From the NCBI GenBank assembly GCA_038087875.1, contig CM075989.1, positions 17,548,001 to 17,612,000 on the forward strand: a stretch of DNA of 64,000 nt, given 5' to 3'. The position numbers and the translations under genes are program-made. This document shows, one piece after another, positions 39,491 through 53,940 of the stretch. The notes below the pieces were generated by a model. The model was not told where the DNA came from and did not search any database. It worked only from the letters and a program-made list of their open reading frames with translations. Source of the stretch: Malacoraja senta (taxonomy: Eukaryota). Numbering within the stretch: position 1 is the stretch's first letter; each line of letters begins with the position of its first letter.

Positions 39491-42240
39491 CCAAGTACCA
39501 AGGGTATGGGAAAAGCTGCATCACCTCGCATTGTCCCAGCGGTTGGCTATATTCTTCCAAAGTGCTACCACATCTCAGTTAGATTGCCTGGCCAACTGTC
39601 GGCTGCATGAGTGTCCTGTGGTTGGATTAGCTTCTTGTGGACTAGTTGTTTCAAGGTGGTTTTTTTTTCCAATTTAAGTAACCGCTGAACTGCCGAACCC
39701 CTGGTGTTGGGGAGTAGCAGTGAACAAAGACCAACGAAACGGAGAAAAAGATCAGCCTTACAGAAATTGTCCGAAACACTCAGCAGGTCAGGGGGCATCT
39801 GTGCAAAGAGAAACAGAAATTATGTTTCAAATCAATTACCTTTTTTCTACTCTTTGCCCTGAGGCATTAATTCTGTTTCTTGCTCTACGGATGCTCCTGA
39901 TCTGCTGAGCAGTTCCAATCTTTTATTTCAGAATTCCAGCATCTGCAATGTTTTGAATTTTTGGATAATCACCCTATGCACTGTGGATAGGATCTCGTTC
40001 CAGGCCAGAACCACTCTCTTCCCAACCTGTGAGTGACTGGGTCACATTTTACAGCACAACATTAGAACTATGACTCAATGGCCAGTGAGGTAGTTTAATC
40101 AAAAGAAATCTACATTGAACAGCTTAATGAAACAGGGCTTGCGGGCAACTGTGAAGCGATAAATAAACCAAACAAAAGGACAGGATCCGTGTTCCACCCC
40201 TTTCTGAGAATTGTGGCTCAACCTAACGTTAAGTTCCTTTACAATCTTGACTGCAAGTGAATGACAGACCTCCTCGCCTAACCCGATTATTGGCCGCTCT
40301 CCAAGTGTCCTATCGTACGCGCTCCAAAGCCGCCTGTCAATTCCCAGTGCCTGACCTCTGGCAAATAAATGCAATTAAGTCCATTTGTTTCCACAAACAG
40401 AACACAATAAATCCAATGAAGTATTGGCCAAAGTGCGGTCAATGCAATGGCATACGTCTAATGGTTGACCTGCTCATTTCAGGTCAGGTTTAAATAATCT
40501 AAGCTAACAAAGGTTCTACTCCACTCAGTGCAGGTCAGTCCTTAAATTAATTATACACTTAAGTGCCTGGACAGGATGATTTTGGAAAATATATTTAGTA
40601 TTGACCATGCTAATGCTTTGGGAACGTAGTCTTTGTGAAATGGCGAGAAGGCTTTAGAAAAAGTCGACTCTGCGCAGGAGAAGTGTCCACTGGCTACATT
40701 GGGTATCACGATCAAGAGCTCTTGGCCTCAAATCTAACAGCTGCAACCTCACACTCGTTCATTGTGTAAACATTATTTTTGGTTACCGACTGTTCTGCAT
40801 TTTCCATCTTCGAGCCTTGCCAGTTCATATGGAGCTTCACCGCTCGTGACAATCCTTTGGCCCACACTCCTCACCCATTCCTGTTTCACACACAGCTGCT
40901 CCACTGCCTTCCCATGGAAACGTGCTTGCCTTCCATTGTTACTCCTTTGGTGCAGTGAGAACCTACTGAATGAAGAACGACTAACTATCAACTGCCACCA
41001 TGGCACCAACCCATGGTATCAACCCTGGTACCCACCATGGCACAACCATGGACTTCTGTCCCTGAGCATTAACATCATGGGAGCAAGTTCCACAAGTTCT
41101 GGGCTGAGACATTGAAACATTGTCCAGATGGTACTTTGGGCTATTCTGGAGTAGTGAAAAATACTGACCATAAATACTCTTTGTTTATCCACGCCGATTG
41201 GAACTACTTTTCTCTGATTCAATGACCTTGCTGCATAAACATAAATACCAGTATATTCCTGGGATGAAGTGCATCCTGTGCAGTGTGATTCAGAATAAGG
41301 TTTACATATTGGGAACATTTCACAGCATCAGGTAGACTGTGACATATCCCCCACAAACTCTCCCTTGGCTAATAGATCTTATCATGCATCAGTGACCACT
41401 GCAGCAAGCCATTACTGATCCGTGTGGTGAGACCGGCCAATGTATCATTAGCTTTACCCATGTACCAACCTCAGGCAAGTCGGTCACGAGTACAATCAGC
41501 TAAGTTCAAACCTCAAAATGTTTTGTATGAAGACCCTATAGACACAAATGGGCGGCACAGTGGCGCAGCTGGTAGAGCTGCTGCCTCACTGCACCAGAGA
41601 CCCCAGTTCGATCCTGAACTCTGGTGCTGTCTGTATTGAGTTTGCATGTTCTTTCTGTGACTGTGTGGGTTTCCCCCAGGTGTTCCGGTTTCCTCCCACC
41701 TCCCAAAAGACGTGCGGGTTTGTAGGTAAATTGGTCTGTGTAAATTGCCCCTAGTGTGGATGAGAAGGTGGGATAACATAGAACTAGAATAAATGTGTGA
41801 TCGATGGTCGCTGGGGATTTGGTGGGCCTGAAGGACCTGTTTCTGTGTTGTATCTCTTGAACCAAAGCAAACATATATTCCCCAATAGAATGAAATAAAT
41901 AAACAGAACGGGAGGGAGTGGGTTCTGAGCTGATGCTTCTGATATTAAAGTCGTCACCAGCACAATACATCGCCAAGCGACAGAAGGTCCATTACACAGA
42001 GCATCATCTCTCTGTTGCTGCCAGAGCTCCCAGAAGAATTTCAATCACATTTAAATTAAGGCAGAGATAGATAAATCCTTGATTAGTACAGGTATCAGAG
42101 GTTATGGGGGGAAGGCTGGAGAATGGGGTAGGAGGGAGAGATAGATCAGCCATGATTGAATGGCGGAGCAGACTTGATGGGCCGAATGGCCTAATTCTAA
42201 TCCTATCACTTATGATCTTATGATCTTATGAATGACTTAC

Positions 42241-42546
42241 TTGCAACTTGTACTTTGGCCTTCCGACTGACCACGAGGCCCAGGCGGTTCTGGGCAGTGC
42301 AGTCGTACTCGCCCTCATCGGAGGAGCCGTCGTCCCGCAGCTTCTGGAACTTTATGATGCAGAGCGAACCGTTGGCAAGCAAGGAGACGTGCTGGCTGTC
42401 AGACAGCAGCAACCCATTCTTCCTCCACGACTTGCTAATGGGCTCCAGCCCTTCCACCTGGCACTGCAGCTTGAGCGGGTGGTCTTCCACTGCCACCACA
42501 TCGCTCGGCTCCATAGAGAAAGTCAGTTCTGAGGAGTGGCCCAAAT
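42241..42546 (-). CDS. IGDCC3: IGDCC3 (Punc) coding exon 2, first Ig domain
   Basis: Acceptor tcctttctttaaAG and donor GTAAGT (42240-42235), 306 nt, phase 1/1. Translation LGHSSELTFSMEPSDVVAVEDHPLKLQCQVEG...WRKNG...LLANGSL...[28 protein letters not shown] closely resembles the IGDCC3 Ig1 sequence as I recall it (LGHSAELAFAVEPSD...LLANGSL...[27 protein letters not shown]). DCC/neogenin/protogenin family. Confidence 0.9.
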
Positions 42547-42959
42547 CTTTAAAGAAAGGAGCACAGAATGACACCATGGCATGTTACATCTCTTTCCATT
42601 TAGTTGCAATTGGAATAAGCATTCACTGTAACCTACCGCAACTAGAGAGCAGTCCTGAACTAATTTCTACCCCATTGGTGACCCTCAGACTATCTTTGAT
42701 CGGACTTCAAAGAGAGTGAAATCTTTCACGATAGTGAAGACTTCAAGATAAAGAAGGGCTTTATCAAGTTATTCCCTTATCATGTATCTGTACACTGTGG
42801 ACGGATCGATTGTAATCATGTATTGTCTTTCCACTGAATACATACAGTGGAAAGACTGTATGTTAGCACGCAACAAAAAGCTTTTCATGTGACAATAAGC
42901 TAAACTGAACTGTGGTGAACTGAACTGAACTGAAGGTGCACGTTCTGTCAAATCATCAC

Positions 42960-43415
42960 CATATGAAGAAAGACTGGATAGACTTGGCTTATACTCGCTA
43001 GAATTTAGGAGATTGAGAGGGGATCTTATAGAAACGTACAAAATTCTTATGGGGTTGGACAGGCTAGATGCAGGAAGATTGTTCCCGATGTTGGGGAAGT
43101 CCAGGATAAGGGGTCACAGCTTAAGGATAAGGGGGAAATCCTTTAAGACCGAGATGAGGAAAAACTTTTTCACACAGAGAGTGGTGAATCTCTGGAACTC
43201 TCTGCCACAGAGGGTAGTTGAGGCCAGTTCATTGGCTATATTTAAGAGGGAGTTAGATGTGGCCCTTGTGGCTAAGGGGATCAGGGGGTATGGAGAGAAG
43301 GCAGGTACGGGATACTGAGTTGGATGATCAGCCATGATCATATTGAATGGCGGTGCAGGCTCGAAGGGCCGAATGGCCTACTCCTGCACCTATTTTCTAT
43401 GTATCTATGTATCTA
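42960..43415 (+). mobile_element. Young CR1 LINE 3' end
   Basis: Open frame RGDLIETYKIL..DRLDAGRLFP..FFTQRVVNLWNSLP..FKRELD; (ctatgtat) tail. Confidence 0.9.
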
Positions 43416-46400
43416 CGAAAGCCTGAACAAAAGATGTCGGCTGGCATATCAGAGCCGTACCTGGGGTGAGGTACACTGCAAAGTGTATACACTCCTGGAG
43501 TTGGTTAGAACATTTCTCTCTCATGGATGTCCCCTAACATTCTGAGCATTTTCTGTTTCATATTTCCAGCATCAGCAGTATACAGCCTGCCCACTTTAAC
43601 CGGAATGCCCTGCCTTCCAGGATCTACCAAAGGTATTCCTTCTACTCTCTGTTCCATCTTCATTCAAGCCAACGGCAGCAAAATATTATTCAGCAATCAA
43701 AAAGTGCTGGAGTAACTCAGCGGATCAGATAGCATCTCTGGTGAACATGGATAGGTTGATGTTTGGGTTCGGGACCCTCCTTCAGATAGACAGATTGAAG
43801 AAGGGACCCAATCCAAAACTTCACCTATCCATATTCTCCAGAGATGCTGCCGGACCCACTGAGTTACTCCAGCACTTTGTGTCTATATTTGGTAAAAAAC
43901 AGTATCTGCAGCTCCTTTCTACACATACTCTGATAAATCGTTATGGAACCTGCAATTTATTATTTCCCACCCTCAGTTCCCACATTTGCTGGCACATTTA
44001 GCTGTTGGGTCATTGAGACTACAGAGGCAGAACGAGCTGCTGGAGGAACTCAGCAGGTCAGGCAGCCATATGTGGAGGGAATGGACAGATGATGTACAGT
44101 AGGCACAAAAGTACTTCCATGTCCTGATTTTGGCCTGTTTCTCAGTCTCCATGTAAACTATAATGTGACCTACTGTAACACACAGCAAACCATTGATGCA
44201 CAGGAATGCCACTGCAGTCACCGTCCATGTGGAAGATCCAGTTGCATCTGCACAGGTTATGCAGTCTGGTGTTAGTGTGGACAAGCACAAGTATTGTCAT
44301 ACTTGGGAGACCGAACAAAGTCACAAATTATTGCACAACACTCTCTGTACAGCTTGCTCATGGGAAAGTGACTCTACCAGCTTGCAGGTTGTGGGATGAC
44401 AGCAGATCCTGCTAATGTACAAGTGTACACAATCATGAGGAACTGATCGGGCCGATGCGCAGAGTCTCTTGCCCAGAGTAGGGGAATCGTGGACCAGAGG
44501 ACATAGGTTTAAGGTGAAGGGGAAAAGATTTAATAGGAATCTGAGGGGTAACTTTTTCACACAGAGGGTGGTGGGTGTAAGGAACAAGTTGCCAGAGGAG
44601 GTAACTGAGGCAGGGACTACCCAACGTTTAAGTAACGATTAGACAGGTACATGGATAGGACAGGTTGAGAGGGATATGGGCCAAACGCGGGCAGGCTAGA
44701 GTAGCTGGGCCATGTTGGCTGGTGTGGGCAAGTTGTGTTGAAGCGCCTGTTTCCACGCTGTATCACTCTGTGACTCAGGGGCTAACCCCATACAGTATCT
44801 CTTGCTATTTGAAGCCGGGGCGAGAACGTCCTCTTCCAATTAATCAGGCCGTCCCTCATCTGTTCAATAAGCAAACATTCCCACTTCATCCACGGGAATG
44901 AAAGCACCACTGTGTTGCTTCTGTGGCCAGCATCGCACCCTGTGACTGCCCTGTGTTTCTGTGTTCTGTCACCTCTCCCTGGACTTGCTCTACATGTTCC
45001 AATTGTTGCCTATGCAAAACCTCCCTGCGTGTTAGACACACACAAAATGCTGGAGTAACTCAGCGGGACAGGCAACATCTCTGGAGAGAAGGAGTGGGTG
45101 ACGCTACTGGTCGAGACTCTTATTCAGACTAACAGTCAGGGGAGAAGGAGACGAGAGATATGGAAGGGTAAGGTGTGAAAACACAGATCAAAATGAGATG
45201 ATGATCAAGGAAATGGTGAATGGTACATTGTTAGTTCAGGGGAAGGTGGCAACAAGGCATACAAACAGTAATATTTAATCAGGAGGGCAGTGAAACTAGT
45301 CGGAGAACTAGGATGGGGGAGGGATGGAGAGAGAGGGTTACTTGAAGTGTTAATTCAGTGCACGATGCAACACATTCAACGTGGCCGCAACACTGAACAT
45401 ATATCAGTGATACTCCACCCCAACGCCTCAGCTTTAAGCCCCACTATACGACAGAAAATGTCATTTGAGAACTGTAAGCACAGTGTTTAATCCCTGCCGG
45501 TGGCAATAAAATAATAGGTCCAGATGAGATTTACAGTGTCTGTGATGCAAGGTGTTTGAAATGTTCGAGTATACATCACCATTTCAACTCATTGAACCTG
45601 ACCTTAATAACCAGCTAGTTCTGTGTGGTAATCGTTCGCTGTTGTGTTGAACGAATCTCAGGATGTGTAAAGTGGCGTTAAGGCCGCTCAGTGACCCTTC
45701 ACCCTCTGCCCGACAGTAACTTCCCAACAATGTGAATGCACGAAGAAAGATCTTCCTTCCGCCCGCCCGCATCCCTCCTGCTCAGTGTTACATCCAATTC
45801 ATTACACTTGGATGCACACAAAGTGCTGGAGTAACTCAGCGAGTCAGGCAGCATCTCTGGAGCAAAAGGATGGGTGATGTTTTGGGTCAGACTGAAGAAG
45901 GGTCACGACCCGAAACGTCACCCATTCTTTTTTCTCCACAGATGCTGCCTGACCTGCTGAGTCACTCCAGCATGTTGTGTCTATCTTCGGTGTAAACCAG
46001 CATCTGCTGTTCCTTCCTAAACACTTGGAACGGCTGCTCTTCAATCGCCTTCAACAGGTATGTTCACCATCACTTTACTACGCTTCGTTAAATCCCTGGT
46101 GCACATTTAACACTAGCTTTTACTGCCGTTAGCTCCTTACTATTGAGCGTGACTTCCATGAAACTGCTGTTCAACACGCAGCCATGATTATTTCTCAACT
46201 GAGCCAAGAGGACACACATTAATCAGCATCAACATCCCTGCTATTCATTCACAGATGCCCTGACTGATGTGCTCCTCACCCAACACAGCTGCATGAGCGT
46301 TGCATGATTTGCATACAGCTGTGCACCAACACAACACATCTGCCCCACACAACTTACACCCTGCAGAGGTGAACTATTTACCATTCCATTTCATTTTAGT

Positions 46401-46539
46401 TCTGGCATCTCCAAAGCACGACCATAGCTCTGCAAATACGCTGTGGTATCAGCCATTGAGGAAAGGACTGAAAAATCCATTCATTACCACTGAACTGTGG
46501 AGGGGTGATTGTCTGTGACACCATAAAACATCCATGTGT

Positions 46540-47000
46540 GGGTGGACGCAAAATGCTGGAGTAACTCAACGGGACAGGCAGCATCTCTGGAGAGAAGGAA
46601 TGGGTGATGTTTCAGGTCGAGACCCTTCTTCAGACTGAGAGTCAGGGGAAAGGGAAACAAGAGATATAGACGATGATGTAACTTCAAGTAACCCCGGCAT
46701 TCCCTGCCTCTCCATCCCTCCCCCACCCAAGTCGCACCAGCTTCTCCTTCTCACCCAGCAAACAGCTAACAATGGCCCGTTTCCGTTACTTTTTTGCATA
46801 GCTTTCAATCATTGTTCTATTTCTCTTTATATCATCGTCTATATCTCTTGTTTCCTTTTCCCGTGATTTTCAGTCCGAAGAAGGGTCTCGACCTGAAACG
46901 TCACCCATTTCTTCTCTCCAGAGATGCTGCCGGTCCTGCTGAGTTACTCCAGCACTTTGTGTCTATCTTTGGTTTAAACCAGCATCTGCAGTTCTTGCCT
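46540..47000. mobile_element. Head-to-head (inverted) pair of Penelope pLTR segments
   Basis: 46545-46680 is reverse-complementary to ~46830-46965. Confidence 0.75.
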
Positions 47001-47479
47001 GCATTTGGGGATGATCTTTTTTTCTGTCGGCATTAAATTCATGGCTCTGGTCCTTGTGGCAAAGAGTGAGTGTGTGATGATGATGATTACTAAGCACACA
47101 ACAAGCACATTAGGTTGATGAATGTGCACAACCGATCTCAGCACTGATTGTACATAATGCATGAAACACTGTATAACATTGTCACTTGCAGAAATGCCAT
47201 CCCACACAGCGCGATGTCCCTTCAAGAACAGCACTGGAAATATGAAACACACAGAGAAAAATCTGGGAACATTCAGCAAGCAGCAGGGCTATAGTGGAGA
47301 GTCTGGAGGTAACATCTCAGGTGTGCTCTCAGTCTGCCCGACTTTATGGCGTTGACTGCCAATTTTGGTTTTGTTTTACAGTCATTTCCCTTGTTCCTCA
47401 TATCTCCTGCAGTAACTCGAACAAAATAATATGTTTTTTCCCATTAACTCTGTCTTGAGGTGCTGACTCCTTTTATGTT

Positions 47480-48282
47480 TTAGGTATGTTTGCAGATGAC
47501 ATTATAGTAGGCGGTAATCATAAAGAACAAAGATGGGGATCAAAAATTGCATTTTTGGGGAGTGAAACCAAGGCAGGAACTTCCCAGTGAATGGTGGGAT
47601 TCGGGGGAGTGGTATCGAGCTGTGGGATCTAAGAGTACCTGTACATAGTTCCCTGAAAGTGGTGTCACGGGTAGATCTGATGGTAAAGAAGGCTTTTGGT
47701 ACATTGACCTTAATACGTCAGGGTATTGAGTATAGATGTTGGGACGTTATGATGCTGAGACACAAGAGGTATGTGAGGCCACCTTTGGTGTGGTGTGTTT
47801 AGTTTTAGTCCCCTGCTTTGGGAAGGATGTCATTAAGTTGGAAAAGATTGCTGAGAAGATTTATGAGGATGTGGCCATGACTCGAGGGGCTGAGTTATAG
47901 GGAGAGGATGGGAGGGATCTTATAGAGGTGTATGAAATCAGGAGAATAGATAGGGTGAATGCACAGTCTTTTACCCCAGAACAGAGGAATCAAAGACTAG
48001 CAGTCATAGATTCAAGATGAGAGGCAAGATTTAGTAGGAACTTGAGGGACATTTTTTTCACTCAGAGGGTGGTGGGTATATGCAATGAGCTGCAAGAGGA
48101 GGTAGTTAAAGCAAGTACAATAAGAACATTTAAAATACATTTGGACAGGTACATGGATAGGGAAGGTTTAGATAGATATGGGCCTAACATGGACAAATGG
48201 GTCCAGCTTAGATGGGGCATCTTGACTGTTATGGACCTGTTGAGCTGAGAGGCCTGTTTCCATGCTGTATGGCTCTATGACT
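47480..48282 (+). mobile_element. Degraded CR1 LINE 3' fragment
   Basis: FADD, VKKAFGTL..I.QGIEYR and FFTQRVVGICNEL motifs. Confidence 0.75.
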
Positions 48283-48724
48283 CACCACCCCTGCCTGCTA
48301 TTTCTGTAACTAAAAGCTTGCCTAACTTTTCTCAGTTCTGTTTCTCATTCCACATGTGCTGCCAGACATTCTTTGTTATTATTTGACCAACAACAATGTG
48401 TATGGAGCACATGAAAGACTTGCATTTATATGACACATAGAAACATAGGAACATAGAAAATAGGTGCAGGAGGAGGCCATTCGGTCCTTCGAGCCAGCAC
48501 CGCCATTCATTGTGATCATGGCTGATCGTCCCCAATCAATAACGCCTTCTCCCCATATCCCTTAATTCCACTAGCCCCTAGAGCTCTATCTAACTCTCTC
48601 TTAAATCCATCCAGTGACTTGGCCTCCACTGCCCTCTGTGGCGGGGAATTCCACAAATGGATGTCCCAAACCAAACCATGCTTGGGCTCTGTGTTCACCA
48701 GAGCAACGTGTAACCTACTACAAG

Positions 48725-49415
48725 CATTCTTTTTATTTTTTATTTTTTATTTATTAGAAGTACATTACATTACAACCACATACATTAGTACTCGTCACTT
48801 ATGTCTTCTTACAATTAATGTACTCCATTTATTTTTTACACTAGAAAAGGAAAAGATTGAAAGAAAGAAGAAAGTGAAGGAAAAAGATGAGAGTGTAGAA
48901 AATGTGACAACAAAAAGGACGAAGAAAGAAAGAGAAAGAGAAAGAGGAAAAAGAGAGAAACAAATATTTTTATGAGCATTACGTAAATGGGACATACCAA
49001 CTCTTCAACTATCATCCCCCCTTACCTGACCTCAATTTTTTTTTTAAAAGGTACCTTTGCACCCTATATTTGTAATAATTCTATAAATGCAGACCACAGT
49101 CAGGTGGAAGTGATCTGGTTTACCTGCTAGGAGGAGTCTTATCTCTTCTAGGAGTAATGTTTCGAACATATTTGAAATCCACATGTTTATAGTTGGTATT
49201 GGAGCCTTCTTCCAAAATTTTAGAATTAGCTTTTTTCCAGTTATTAACCCATAGTCTATTAGTTTCTTTTGAAACACATTTAGTTCTGGACCATCTTCCG
49301 TTATTCCGAAGATAATCCATCTGCTTTGGGTATCAGTCTTATTTTAAATAACTTTGTAAAGATTTCAAAAATGTCATTCCAATAATTTTTGAATTTTTGT
49401 ACAGAAAACGAATGA
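48725..49415 (-). mobile_element. L1-clade LINE 3' end (ORF2 C-terminus + A-rich tail)
   Basis: Minus-strand FQKKLIDYGLITGKKLILKFWKKAPIPTINMWISNM resembles fish-type L1 ORF2 ends; (ttttta)n at 48728-48752 is a poly(A)-like tail. Confidence 0.65.
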
Positions 49416-52024
49416 GTGCGCCTACTGCAAGCATTCTACACTCAGAGAAACAACCTCTCAGAAATGAATGGAAATCAAAAACTGCTGATGCTGCTAATCT
49501 GAAATGAAAGCAGAAAGTATCAGAAAAGCTCAGCAGGTTGGGCGCATCCATGGAATGAGATATAGTTAATGTTTCACATCCCGGACTTCTGCCAAAACTA
49601 ACGAATACCCAGATCTGAAATATTATTTCTCTCTTTCCACAGATGGCTGCCTGATCTGCTGGGTATTTTCAGCATTTTCTGTTTAAAATTTGTTTTTATT
49701 TCATGGGCAGCTATCTCAGGTTCCACGCTGAGATACAACCACAGATGCAATCCAAGTGTGGATTTCATGGTAATATTCAATCAGCATTCACTGTTGGATT
49801 AGTTAGGCTACGACAACTGTTTTACATTGGGTGGCTCCTTGACACAACTTTACAGCGCCACCAGTAAGTAAAGGACTGATGTCTAAGAAAGAACTGCAGA
49901 TGCTGGAAAAATCGAAGGTGGACAAAAAATGCCGGAGAAACTCAGCGGGTGAGGCAGCGTCTATTTTTTTTGGAGAGAAGGAATTGGCGACCTTTGCTGA
50001 AGGGACACATGGACAGAGAGACTGAACATTGACCTCCAGATCTGAGGACTTGGTAGCTGAAGACGGATCAATTACTCAGGAGGCCTTGAAGTTATACCGA
50101 CAACTTAGAGGCTAAGGGGATGGTTTTTGTAGCAACATTTGAAAAACGATGGACAATTTTGAAGAATAATTGTTTTAGCGATGAGCCTGTGTGTGTGTGT
50201 GTGTGTCAGGAACTAGCGGGACAGGGTCACAGGCAGAGTGTGATGGAGACACCAGGAACTGCAGATGCTGGAATCCTGAGCAAAACACGACGTGCTGGAG
50301 GAACTCAGCGGGTCAGGCAGCATCTGTGGAGGCAACGGACAGACGGCGTTTCGGGTCGGGACCCTTCTTCAGACTCTTTGAGTGTTTGATGGGTTACAAA
50401 CTTGAGGAGGAAAGACCAAGTGACCTCTAAAGTAACAACATGGGTCGAGGGTTTGAGTGAACGGGGCGGGGCGGGGGGGGGGGGTGGGTCCTGCGATGGA
50501 CGGCTGCTGGGATTAAAGTCGGACCTTGTGTGTTTTTGTTAGTCCTGGATGCTGGCGGGGACATTTCTCCGGCGGTGCTACCCAGGCGACATACATTGGG
50601 TGTAGGAAGGAACTGCAGATGCTGGTTTAAACCGAAGAGAGACACAAAAAGCTGGAGTAACTCGGCGGGACAGGCAGCATCTCTGGAGAGAAGGAATGAA
50701 TGGGTGACGAGGCAGCATCCCACTAGGTTGTGGGTTGAGTGAGACCTCCCTGCGCTGCGCTGCCGGGCAGAATCAGGGCTCGGTTGAAGCGGCCAGGAGT
50801 TGGTTTGCAAAACGTGGACCATGCCCGACCCGTCTGAAGAAAGGGGTCTCGACCCGAAACGTCCACCAATTCCTCCTCTCCAGAGACGCTGCCTGTCCCG
50901 CTGAGTTACTCCAGCACTTTAGTTTGTGTGTATCCTCACTCTTGAAACCCGGGCTGTGTTTAGATTTCCCCCCCGGTGGCTGGGCTGGGCTGGGCTGGTC
51001 GGGTTCCCCCCGCGGCTGCGGTTACAGCGGGATTCGTGGCAGTCGTGGATGTGGGACAGCGGGGGCGGGAGCTTGGGTCCAGGTTCACAAAGGAAGCTGC
51101 CCCAGTCTCCGGGCTCCCCCCCTTGTCCTGGGGCTGCAACCTTCTCAAGTTGCGCCGACTCCACCCCCTCCCCCCTTGCGAGCTGCAACCCCCGCGGGAC
51201 ATGGTCACCGACAGCGGCCCCTCGGACAAAGACCAGTGAAGTTTAGAGGGAGAGTGGAGAGAGGCTGGGAAAGAGTGAACTGGCCGCAGCCCTGGAGAAG
51301 GGGCGTTCCCCACGTGGGCTCTTCCACAAACTCTCTCTATCCCGGGGCTCCGACCCGGGGGGAGTCGGGTGGCCTCGGGGAGGGGAGAGGGGAGAGGGGA
51401 GAGGGGACCACTGTAGGGGCTGGGAGGCTGAGTGTGTCCACGTCCCCGGGAGCCTAAGCCGGTCTCCCACCCCCCCCCCCCCACCCATGTTTACACGCCC
51501 CGGGCACACCATCCAAGCACCAAAACAAAAGAAAGTTTGCCCCACACTCAGATTACCGCTGCTCCCTCGTCCCCCCCTCAATCCACTCCTCTCCCGGGAA
51601 CAGATGCCCCGGGACCAGGCGACGCTCGCCCCGGCTGCGAGTAAACAAAGACCCTCCGCGTATCCCCTCCCCTCCCCCGGGAAGATGCCGCCCGACCCCG
51701 GCCTCAGCCGCGCATCCCGCCCCGGTCCCGGAGAAATGCAGCCGAGACTCTGATGCGGGACTGGGGGGGGGGGGGGGGGGGGGGGGGCAGTCGTGGATGT
51801 GGGACAGGGGAGCGGAGGGAGGGTGTGGAAGAGACACGGGTGGTGGGGGTAGCGATGGAGAGGGATGGGAGAGGGTGGAGAGAGGGGTAGAGGAGTGAGG
51901 GGGAGAGAGAGAGGGAGGTGAGAGGGGGAGAGAGGAAGGAGGGAGAGGGGGTGATGGGGGTGAGGTACAGGGGGGACTCCAGCGGACGGTTGGAGGCGCC
52001 TTGTACTCTCCATCTGTCAGCCTT

Positions 52025-52321
52025 CGGGCTGCCCCGGGAGAGGGAGCGTGCTGCCCCGGGAGAGGGAGCGGGCAGCCCCGGGAGAGGGAGCGTGCTGTCC
52101 CGGGAGAGGGAGCGGGCTGCCCCGGGAGAGGGAGCGGGCTGCCCCGGGAGAGGAGCGGGCAGCCCCGGGAGAGGGAGCGTGCTGTCCCGGGAGAGGGAGC
52201 GGGCAGCCCCGGGAGAGGGAGCGGGCTGTCCCGGGAGAGGGAGCGGGCTGCCCCGGGAGAGGGAGCGGGCAGCCCCGGGAGAGGGAGCGGGCTGTCCCGG
52301 GAGAGGGAGCGGGCAGCCCCC
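52025..52321. repeat. GC-rich 22-bp minisatellite (~13 units, gccccgggagagggagcg[g/t]gc[a/t])
   Basis: Tandem units visible directly; they produce the repetitive RERERAAPGEGAG ORFs. Confidence 0.9.
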
Positions 52322-52438
52322 GAGTCCGCGCCGTGTTGCCCCGCAGTCGGGCCGCGTTGAGCTCGCAAGTTGCCCCCAAGGTCAAGCGGCCGGAGCGCGG
52401 AGCCGGAGACAAAGAGAGGCGGCGGCGCGGTCACTCAC

Positions 52439-52496
52439 CTCCGAGGAGCAGCAGCAGCGGGAGCAAGCAGCGGGGCGCAGGTCGGCGTCTCGCCAT
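52439..52496 (-). CDS. IGDCC3: IGDCC3 coding exon 1 (signal peptide MARRRPAPRCLLPLLLLLG, phase-1 end)
   Basis: Minus strand reads GTG-ATG-G (good Kozak context), then 19 codons of basic N-region plus poly-Leu core, then G|GTGAGT donor at 52438. The leftover G joins the exon-2 AT to give D-LGHSSEL in frame. It lies in a CpG island. Confidence 0.85.
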
Positions 52497-52630
52497 CACT
52501 CCCCGATCAGTGTCCGAGCCGGGGGCCGGCGGCGGGCATCGCTGCGCGGACACGGGGCGAGGGGCTGGGCTTGCGAGCGCTGGCTCTTGATGCTCATCTA
52601 TCAGCTTGTGTCAGGATCGCCCGCGTCCCC

Positions 52631-52677
<47 letters not shown>

Positions 52678-53319
52678 GAGGCCGGGGGGAGGGTGGAAGG
52701 GGGGAGAGTTCTAGCCACCTTATTGCCGCCTCCGGCCAAGCAGCCCAGAGCCGCTGTACATTCAGCCGGGTCACTGGGACTGCCCCCGGGGTCACGGCCA
52801 CGCCGCCCCCACAGCAAACCTCAGCTACAGCCGCTGCCCGACCGGGTCACGGCCTGGACTCCCAGCAAAGCGAACGGACCACAGACCCTCTCCCGCTGCA
52901 CCTTTAAACTTCCAGCCTCACCACCGTGCGTTCGTTCACGTATTGGCAAAGACGCCTCGGGGGTCTACCTGCTCCCGTCCCGGGAGATTGGAAGCGCACG
53001 TTTTATGCAGCGAGCTGGACAAATGTTATTAAAAGGTGGTGGGTGTTTAGGCTTCCTTGGTCTGTTTAGGACAATGACGCGAGAGAGAAAGGGAGAGTCC
53101 CACTCTGTGCACGGCGCGTCTCACCCAATAAGTGGCACCGAAAACATCCCCACACGAGTTGTGATTTAACCATTCCACAGAGAGCCGTCTCTATCGGCAA
53201 CTCCCGTGTTTACTGGATGAGGAACAACAACAGTTTGTGAACACGACCGAATGTAACTCCAATGAAACTGTAAACGTTCAGAATGTAGGGAGAGGTTTTG
53301 CACTGTTCTTGTTTTGTGT

Positions 53320-53940
<621 letters not shown>

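Larger units (their letters stand above)
50900..53200. promoter_or_regulatory. CpG island / promoter and 5' region of IGDCC3
   Basis: Abrupt rise in GC and CpG density around exon 1 compared with the CpG-poor flanks; contains a (CT)n tract at ~52635-52675. Confidence 0.8.

Noticed and set aside
42547..42577. ORF-track start MVSFCAPFFK as N-terminus
   Set aside because: It is the intron's polypyrimidine tract/acceptor; the real start is in exon 1.
42228..42719. 163-aa plus-strand ORF over exon 2
   Set aside because: Antisense shadow of the IGDCC3 exon.
50735..53169. Several 170-330 aa overlapping ORFs
   Set aside because: They arise from GC richness and the 22-bp minisatellite of the CpG island; only the 58-nt signal-peptide exon has splice and homology support.
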